A stretch of DNA of 64,000 nt from Candidatus Micrarchaeota archaeon (GTDB lineage Archaea > Micrarchaeota > Micrarchaeia > Anstonellales > Bilamarchaeaceae), in contig JBDRLQ010000020.1 of assembly GCA_043812915.1 (NCBI GenBank), forward strand, positions 23,109-87,108. The letters are read 5' to 3'. Below are positions 57,770 through 64,000 of the stretch, one piece after another. The notes under the pieces were generated by a model. The model was not told where the DNA came from. It ran no database searches and saw only the letters and a program-made list of their open reading frames with translations. The translations under genes and the position numbers were made by a program. Each line of letters opens with the position of its first letter. Position 1 is the stretch's first letter.

Positions 57770-59308
57770 TTGATGAGTTTGCAAACGCCCAGCCTTTCAA
57801 AGAGTGAAGGCTTTGGAGTGCCCAGATTGTCTGTTCCCCCACGGATTGGAGTGGCGGCTCCATCAGACGTCCTCAGGCGCAGGCACGAAGCGCTATGCAA
57901 TTCCAACGGTACTTCCCGCAGGCTGGCGAGCCTTGTCTCATGCTCAAACGGGGGGGGACAGGAACTAAACGGGAATGGCGGCATATCAAACGGTGGAAAG
58001 AACGGCCGGGCGTCCAAGAATATTTTGTTTGCCGGCCTGCGGGGAATCACAGATGGACTGAGCCTTCGCCAGTGGTCAGAGATCAAGGGTGCAATGAGAG
58101 AGAATCTTAGACTCGTTATAGGGATTGACGCCAACATCCAAAAGGTAAATACAGTCAGTGGGCTCGCCAGAAACGTAACGTCCGTAGAATACCGACCGGA
58201 TATCGTCATCCTGGGTCCGGACATTTATGATAATGGCAACTGTGACCAGGAAAAGGCGCTGCAGTCAATAATCTCCAGCGGCCATCCCATAAAGGTAATC
58301 TATGTCTGCCCGGACGCTCTTTCAGCTGCCGAGAAGAAGAAAATCACCCAGAACTATGAGAATGTGCAAATCATGATGCAAAGCCTTGCCGGGCCGGATT
58401 TCATTCTCCAGAAGCTCCATTCACTTAGCGAGGTCCATGAATCCCTCCTCTCAGAGCCCTCGGAAATTGTCATATGCCGTTTCGAAGGGGACAAGATAGA
58501 GCGGGTCACTTTCGATGGGATGGTTGAGACGATGGACGAGTTCGCAATCGGCTATGCAATGCATATGAAGCGGACTCTCCACACCAAAACAATCGATTAT
58601 GCCCTTTCGCGGCTGGAGGGCTTTGTCGGGGACAATATCCTTGATGCCGGCTGCGGCCCGGGAACCGTCCTTGGCCACTTCATGCGTGATGTGATGGCGC
58701 TTGATTTCGATGAAGGAAAGAGGAGCCACACGAACATACTTTCAGTTGATGTGAGCGAGCGTATGATTAAGCAGGCCGTTGCGCGCTACGCCAGGTATCT
58801 TGATTATACGCTTCTTTCCGAGGATCCCGAGTGCCCTGGCCGTGACAGGACTCTAAAGCCTCTTGCCAATACGACTTTCTTGCAGCGGGATTTCATGTCT
58901 CTGACCCTGCAAAACATTGTTGAAGCCGGGCCTGGATTCGACATTCCCGATACAATACTGGCATCATATTTCATCAGCTGGGTCTCAAAAGACAAGGCGG
59001 CTGCCGCAAGGAAGCTTGCCGAGTTCGCAAAAGAGGGGACGTATCTAATCACAATCGAGGAAGTGGACCAGTCCATTACCCCGAGCCCGCACATGAAGCC
59101 TAGGATGAAGCAGCTGATTGAGGATAATATCGTGCCTGTTAAGAGCCTTAGTCTCTACTACCAACTGCTGACGGACGCAGGCTGGGAGCCTGTCGAAGGG
59201 GCAGATGAACCCTACTCAATCGGCCCTGTCGAGGACCAGAGAAAAAGGGAAGCGGAAGGCAAGCCACCGCACGATTTGCGGGCCAAGGTCTTCGTCTGGC
59301 CCGGCTAA
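57770..59308 (+). CDS. Protein with C-terminal class I SAM-dependent methyltransferase domain (start uncertain)
   Basis: ILDAGCGPG, VDVSERMI; uncharacterised N-terminal region. Confidence 0.7.
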   Translation: MMSLQTPSLSKSEGFGVPRLSVPPRIGVAAPSDVLRRRHEALCNSNGTSRRLASLVSCSNGGGQELNGNGGISNGGKNGRASKNILFAGLRGITDGLSLRQWSEIKGAMRENLRLVIGIDANIQKVNTVSGLARNVTSVEYRPDIVILGPDIYDNGNCDQEKALQSIISSGHPIKVIYVCPDALSAAEKKKITQNYENVQIMMQSLAGPDFILQKLHSLSEVHESLLSEPSEIVICRFEGDKIERVTFDGMVETMDEFAIGYAMHMKRTLHTKTIDYALSRLEGFVGDNILDAGCGPGTVLGHFMRDVMALDFDEGKRSHTNILSVDVSERMIKQAVARYARYLDYTLLSEDPECPGRDRTLKPLANTTFLQRDFMSLTLQNIVEAGPGFDIPDTILASYFISWVSKDKAAAARKLAEFAKEGTYLITIEEVDQSITPSPHMKPRMKQLIEDNIVPVKSLSLYYQLLTDAGWEPVEGADEPYSIGPVEDQRKREAEGKPPHDLRAKVFVWPG

Positions 59309-59309
59309 T

Positions 59310-59771
59310 CTAGAACGGGTTGAAGTCCTGGGCTCCCTTGTATGCGAAAAGCGTGAGGTAGCTCGATGTCTTTGTCACTATCTTGTTCTTCCCTATCCTC
59401 TGTATTACATCAAGCAGGTGCTGCCGGTTCTTGACCCTAACAGAGCCAATCAGGTCCCACATGCCGGTTGTCGCATAAAGGGTCTCGATTTCCTTGATTT
59501 TGAGAAGGTCCTTTAGCTGCTCCAGATCCCCGGCACGGCCTTTTCTTACTCTCATCATCAGGATGACATGCAGGTCGTATCCGACCTTCGAGTAATCAAT
59601 CTTGGCCATGTACTTCTTTATCACTTCCTCTTTCTCCAGCCTTTTTATCCTCTGGAGGAGGGTATTCGGGTGTATCCCAAGCTTTCTTGCTAGCTCCTTT
59701 GTCGGAGTCTTCGCGTTGTCAACCAATTCTGACAGAATCTCGATATCGGTCTGGTCTATTTTGAAGCGCAT
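59310..59771 (-). CDS. Lrp/AsnC family regulator
   Basis: IDQTDIEIL...LARKLGIHPNTLLQRIKRLE...TTGMWD. Confidence 0.93.
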   Translation of the reverse strand: MRFKIDQTDIEILSELVDNAKTPTKELARKLGIHPNTLLQRIKRLEKEEVIKKYMAKIDYSKVGYDLHVILMMRVRKGRAGDLEQLKDLLKIKEIETLYATTGMWDLIGSVRVKNRQHLLDVIQRIGKNKIVTKTSSYLTLFAYKGAQDFNPF

Positions 59772-59860
59772 TTAAACCCTCCGGGCGCCCTTAAAGCAGG
59801 GTCCGTGGATACCTTCTAACTCCTGCCGTTTAAATAAATTGCGCTTTATGCGGAAAGTGG

Positions 59861-60346
59861 TCATTTCACCCTGAATGGGTTGTATTCCTCGGATGCCTTT
59901 ATTGAATCCAGGACGATAAATGTGATGCTCTTGCCGACTGCTTCGTTATTCTGTAGCTCCCTTAGGAGGTCTGCCATATGTTTTTTGTTCCTGCAGCGGA
60001 CGATGGCTATCGCATCGTAGTCGCCGCTCACAAGGAGGAATGAGACTATTTCGGGGTGTCTTCCCACCTGCCTCTTCAATTTTCCCTCCCACCCTGGCAC
60101 CGTTTCGGTTTTTATGCCGATGATGGCGAACATCTCATAGCCAAGCTTGTCATAATCAGGTATTATCGTATACTTTCTTATCAGTTCCTCCCTTTCAAGG
60201 CGCTTTATCCTCTGGAGGAGGGTATTCGGGTGTATCCCGACTATCTGTGCAAGTTCCTTTGCAGGCCTGCGGGCGTTATCCATCAGTTCCGCGATTATCC
60301 TTCTATCAATATCGTCAATCTCCACATGCATGGTCTCACCAATCAC
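59861..60346 (-). CDS. Lrp/AsnC family regulator (paralog)
   Basis: IDDIDRRII...GIHPNTLLQRIKRLE...VSGDYD. Confidence 0.93.
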   Translation of the reverse strand: MIGETMHVEIDDIDRRIIAELMDNARRPAKELAQIVGIHPNTLLQRIKRLEREELIRKYTIIPDYDKLGYEMFAIIGIKTETVPGWEGKLKRQVGRHPEIVSFLLVSGDYDAIAIVRCRNKKHMADLLRELQNNEAVGKSITFIVLDSIKASEEYNPFRVK

Positions 60347-60813
60347 AGGCTGACAAGCCCCTTTTCGCTCTGGTAAACCCCCTTTCCGCCTTTCCTTTTT
60401 CTGATGTTTGCTGCCTTTCCGATTAGCAGGAAATGATCCCCAACATCCACCACCTGCTCAAGCACGCACTCAATGCTGGCCTGGCATTCGGCTATCGAGT
60501 GCGCTGCAACCTTCTCGGATTTCTCCTTTGTGAGCTTGGCGGCCTCCCATTTGTTGGTTGTTCTCCCCCTCTCACTTCCGCATATCTCCACGGCTTCAAT
60601 AATGTCTGGGCCCGGGATATTAATTACGTAACCATTCCCTTTCTGTACAAGCTCCTGGCTCAGGCCTTTTTTGCTCATTGAAACTGCGAAAAGCGGAGGG
60701 TTGCCTGAAACCGGAAAGCACCGGCACGCGGTCATTATGTTATCCTTCCCTTCTGCGGAGGAACTCACAAGCACTGCCCGCATGGGGTACAAAATCCGGT
60801 ATGCCTTCTCCAT
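60343..60813 (-). CDS. Flavin reductase/flavoredoxin family protein
   Basis: LYPMRAVLVSS, NIMT, PPLFAVS, GDHFLLIG. Confidence 0.88.
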   Translation of the reverse strand: MEKAYRILYPMRAVLVSSSAEGKDNIMTACRCFPVSGNPPLFAVSMSKKGLSQELVQKGNGYVINIPGPDIIEAVEICGSERGRTTNKWEAAKLTKEKSEKVAAHSIAECQASIECVLEQVVDVGDHFLLIGKAANIRKRKGGKGVYQSEKGLVSL

Positions 60814-60844
60814 ACTATGCACCTGAGAAAGAGAAAAAAAAGAA

Positions 60845-61777
60845 TCAGTGCGCATTGGCACTGACCACTACTGCGTATTCCTTGTCGAAAGAAAGCTCGA
60901 CCCAGTCGGTCTGCTCCCAAACTCTCCCGCTCTCGCTCCATTCCAGGGTCATCATCCTGGTCATGTCATTGGGCTGGGAAAGCCTGTCCGGAGTGACGTA
61001 ATGCAGAGTGACCGCATCGCCGACGATGGTAGGCTCGTTCTTGGCCACCATGAACACAATCCAGTACTTGCCAGGCTGCAGCGTGACATCATAGTTCATA
61101 TACAGCCAGTTGTCTGTGAGCGTTGTCTGGGCGATCGGAACCTCGGAGGTTGCGACGATGGTATCTCCCGGGTTGCCGGCCTTATCATTGCGTATCTCCG
61201 CCTTAATCGTGGAGTCCTGCAGGGTCTGCGTCGCCAGCCTTTTCATGTATGCTCCGATGCTTCCGATTTTCACGCGGTTATCCAGGTCAAATGCGACCGC
61301 AATCCACTTCTTGTTCGATATCTGGTCATAGTCAGAGCCCGAGATATCCGTGCTGCCGAGCGGAGCGATATTCAACTCCTCGGCGTAAATGGTGCTGCCA
61401 TCGCTCTTGACGACGACTTCGCTGGTGCCGTCAACGTTGGCTGCGATGTCGAAATTCAGCACCGTAGGGTCGTTCGACGGGACATTCATTTTTCCGGCCA
61501 GCTTGTCATTCAGGTAAAGTGCAATCTCGTTTCCCTGCGCGCATGTGGCGGTTATGGTAAATTTCGCCACTTCGGACAGCTTCACGGACTGCAGCTGGGA
61601 GAATGCGAATGAGTCCTCACAGTCCGCCGCCGGTGGCTGCGTTTCCCCGCCAGGGCCAGGCATCTCCTCTGCAGGCGGCGTAACTTCCCCGCCTGGTGCT
61701 GGCGTCTGGGACGCCGGCTCTCCTACACATCCAAACAATAGAATCATTGATAGAAACAACAGAACTGCTGTTTTCAT
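60845..61777 (-). CDS. Predicted lipoprotein with beta-sandwich domains
   Basis: ILLFG|C lipobox, Pro-rich linker, LQPGKYWIVF. Confidence 0.7.
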   Translation of the reverse strand: MKTAVLLFLSMILLFGCVGEPASQTPAPGGEVTPPAEEMPGPGGETQPPAADCEDSFAFSQLQSVKLSEVAKFTITATCAQGNEIALYLNDKLAGKMNVPSNDPTVLNFDIAANVDGTSEVVVKSDGSTIYAEELNIAPLGSTDISGSDYDQISNKKWIAVAFDLDNRVKIGSIGAYMKRLATQTLQDSTIKAEIRNDKAGNPGDTIVATSEVPIAQTTLTDNWLYMNYDVTLQPGKYWIVFMVAKNEPTIVGDAVTLHYVTPDRLSQPNDMTRMMTLEWSESGRVWEQTDWVELSFDKEYAVVVSANAH

Positions 61778-61827
61778 GAATTCACCTCTCGGGCGAGCTA
61801 TCTCAGTTAATATTTAAATAGTATGGC

Positions 61828-62109
61828 TCAGCGCTTCTCCTTAACTTCCTTCACTCCTTCAAGGAAGCCGCGGAGGTATTCTTCCCACTCAAGGGGGGTC
61901 TCATTCTTTAGCATCAGATAATAAGGCCCTTCGTCATGGGGCAAATCAAGCACTTCCATATCCTTCTCACCGTATTCGCTCCAGGTCCGAAGGTCGAAAT
62001 AATCGGCTATGTCCTCTGCCCATATCCTTCCCCTCTCTAGGCCGATGTAGTAGGACTTCACTCCGCTCGAATCCTGGTTCTTCTTCAGTTTTTCGATGAG
62101 GTCGCTCAT
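61828..62109 (-). CDS. Hypothetical protein
   Basis: 93-aa ORF with GGGGAA RBS-like and TATA-like upstream elements. Confidence 0.6.
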   Translation of the reverse strand: MSDLIEKLKKNQDSSGVKSYYIGLERGRIWAEDIADYFDLRTWSEYGEKDMEVLDLPHDEGPYYLMLKNETPLEWEEYLRGFLEGVKEVKEKR

Positions 62110-62159
62110 TATTCCCCCTATTATATATTGTGGTTTAGGTATTATAAATGAGCAAGAAT

Positions 62160-62567
62160 CTATGTGCGCCTCGGAACCGCTCTACCGATAGACGACCTAG
62201 AATCGCTAGGGGGGAGAAGCGATCTTCGGAGCCTTTCAATCTCCGTCTCCAGGTTCTGCAACAATTCAGGACGGTACTCAAGCACTCTTCTTGGAAGGAG
62301 GTGTTTGTTGATAAACTCCTGGACTTCGTGTGCGTTATGAATGAAAGTCTGTGGGTCGGCAGAGTTTGGCGCTACGCCTTGAATCCCACTCTCCCCCCAA
62401 TGCGCCTGGAAGACGAGGTTGGTAGCCTCCTCCCTTGTATATCCCACATCCCTCAGAAGATGGATCAGGGCTCTATCCACTCTCCTATATGATTCGGTGT
62501 AGAGGCCTGTATGTATCCTTCCCTTAGAAGATTCGGCTTCTTTCTGATGCATTGCCATTACTATCAC
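62160..62567 (-). CDS. Hypothetical protein
   Basis: 135-aa ORF with GGTGA RBS-like element; no recognised motif. Confidence 0.45.
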   Translation of the reverse strand: MIVMAMHQKEAESSKGRIHTGLYTESYRRVDRALIHLLRDVGYTREEATNLVFQAHWGESGIQGVAPNSADPQTFIHNAHEVQEFINKHLLPRRVLEYRPELLQNLETEIERLRRSLLPPSDSRSSIGRAVPRRT

Positions 62568-62947
62568 CTGGAGGATTGATTCGGAATGGGCATTCTTAAT
62601 GCTTTTGTGGAATGCCGGGGCTAGGAAAGCAAAAAGAAAGCACCTCGGCCGGTGGCCTTTTCAGACGTTCGGACAATACCTCAAACATGCAGAATCCAGC
62701 ATAACTAAGCAGTAAAATACATGCAAAATTTTTATTGGTTTTGGGGAGTTCAGATGCCCGGATTCAGACTAGACATCTAACCAGAGATGGTTAACCATGA
62801 AATTATTGTTGATGTTATTGCCGGGTCAAAACGGACTTCAAGAACCATAGTTTTAAATATATCACTATTTATAGATAATAACATAAAAAAGTGATATACA
62901 AGAACGTCAGTTCTTGGATAGATATGAACGAAGTTCATGTGATATGT

Positions 62948-63517
62948 ATGAAGGTAACCAGCAGACAAACCTACAAGGTGATTCGAGCAATCCTGAAACT
63001 CAAGAAGTTCACCCAGTACGAGGTAAGCAAAAAAGAAAAGGTCACGTTCAGCCTGGTGAATAGAGTTGTCAACTGGCTTGTTTCAAGAGGATATGTTGCT
63101 AAGAGGACAGGACATTACGAATTGGTAGCGCCAGCTGCTATATTCAGCCTTTTCCCCGTATACCGAAAGATGAAACCATACGTGACTTTCGATGTGAACA
63201 TCTCGGCTGAAGATGCCCTGAAGATGATGAAGGACAAAGGAAAGTTATGTCTTACTACCGCCCTTTCTTACCATGACGACTATTATAGGGATCCTGTTGT
63301 TCATGCTTACCTGGAAGACAAAAAAACGATTGACAGCCTGAAAAATCTGCCGAAAGGCTATACTCATATCGAGCTTTATCATGAGGATCTGAACAAAGAT
63401 GATTTTGAAAAGGCGAGGGGGCAGTGGATAACAAACAAGGCTAGGACAGTCATGGACCTTTTCTGCAGCAACAAAGCATATGCAGCTGAAAGGCTGATAA
63501 AAAAGGAGTGGTCGTGA
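62948..63517 (+). CDS. wHTH protein, AbiEi-like antitoxin candidate
   Basis: TQYEVSKKEKVTFSLVNRVVNWL HTH; CLTTALS; RTVMDLF. Confidence 0.6.
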   Translation: MKVTSRQTYKVIRAILKLKKFTQYEVSKKEKVTFSLVNRVVNWLVSRGYVAKRTGHYELVAPAAIFSLFPVYRKMKPYVTFDVNISAEDALKMMKDKGKLCLTTALSYHDDYYRDPVVHAYLEDKKTIDSLKNLPKGYTHIELYHEDLNKDDFEKARGQWITNKARTVMDLFCSNKAYAAERLIKKEWS

Positions 63518-64000
63518 ATGAAAGAGATTTATGATGATGGCATAACTGGCCCTAGCCTCAAGGAACTGGAAGAATTTGCTGCATGGTACAATGAGAAGAT
63601 AGGGAATTATCCGGTCATAGTCGGCGGCTGGGCAGTTTACTGCTACACAAAAGGGCTTGGCTCAAAGGATATAGACGTTGTTTTCCTGGGCGATGCTGCA
63701 AAGCATGTGACTCTCGGTGCGTATTTTCTTTCTCACGGTTATGCTGAAAGGTCTCGAAGCTTTTTTGACAAGGAATTCGTCAAGGTGATAAACACTAGCG
63801 AAAGGGAGATCGAAATCATAATCGACGCAGTCTCCTCAAAGCGTACGATAATCTTCGATAGTAGGAAGGCCAGGCTCCCCTGGAAATGGGCAATCAAACA
63901 CAATACTCTCCAAAAGCTTGGAAATGCAAGATTTTACATTCCCACAGCTGAACTTCTCCTAGTGTACAAGTTGGGTGCAATTATTGGCAGAAACATCAAT
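63518..64000 (+). CDS. Nucleotidyltransferase, AbiEii-like toxin candidate (3' truncated by the window edge)
   Basis: My translation gives MKEIYDD...YPVIVGGWAVYCYTKGLGSKDIDVVF (GG...S-x-D-x-D); start abuts the upstream stop. Confidence 0.7.
   Translation, partial: MKEIYDDGITGPSLKELEEFAAWYNEKIGNYPVIVGGWAVYCYTKGLGSKDIDVVFLGDAAKHVTLGAYFLSHGYAERSRSFFDKEFVKVINTSEREIEIIIDAVSSKRTIIFDSRKARLPWKWAIKHNTLQKLGNARFYIPTAELLLVYKLGAIIGRNIN

Noticed and set aside
62568..62760. tRNA or att site at the island boundary
   Set aside because: Only one GC stem (GCCGGGG/CCTCGGC) is present, with no cloverleaf or T-loop
1..64000. CRISPR array, cas genes or intact IS elements
   Set aside because: I saw no regularly spaced direct repeats, cas genes or transposase motifs

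Overview
This is a gene-dense archaeal chromosome segment. Archaeal markers include archaeal-type ThrRS and ValRS, class I LysRS, FEN1, MBF1, Dph6, a DRG GTPase, TATA-like promoters and a standalone 5S rRNA. A DPANN lineage such as Micrarchaeota is my inference and is not proven. Most of the window is housekeeping: tRNA synthetases, tRNA thiolation, enolase, H+-PPase, purM, the AmmeMemoRadiSam trio and an hsp20-grpE-dnaK-dnaJ operon. The strongest unexplained signal is a ~880-nt ORF-free region (about 35872-36750). It folds by eye into many nested helices whose G-U pairs favour the + strand, it has its own TATA box, and it lies right behind a catalytically degenerate LAGLIDADG-like gene, so it is a candidate large structured ncRNA or RNP system. 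Other notable items are a HypC-HydE fusion next to HydG (FeFe-hydrogenase maturases carrying a NiFe chaperone domain), a lipoprotein with two PSI-like Cys repeats, a mini-ORF resembling the bacterial RNA polymerase alpha-CTD, and a bacterial-type Ser/Thr kinase divergent from a beta-barrel-like secreted protein. The window also holds a truncated tyrosine integrase with a tRNA-3'-end-like att remnant, a CBS-HPF fusion, and a type IV TA-like pair at the right edge. All calls are from motif recognition by eye; no searches were run.
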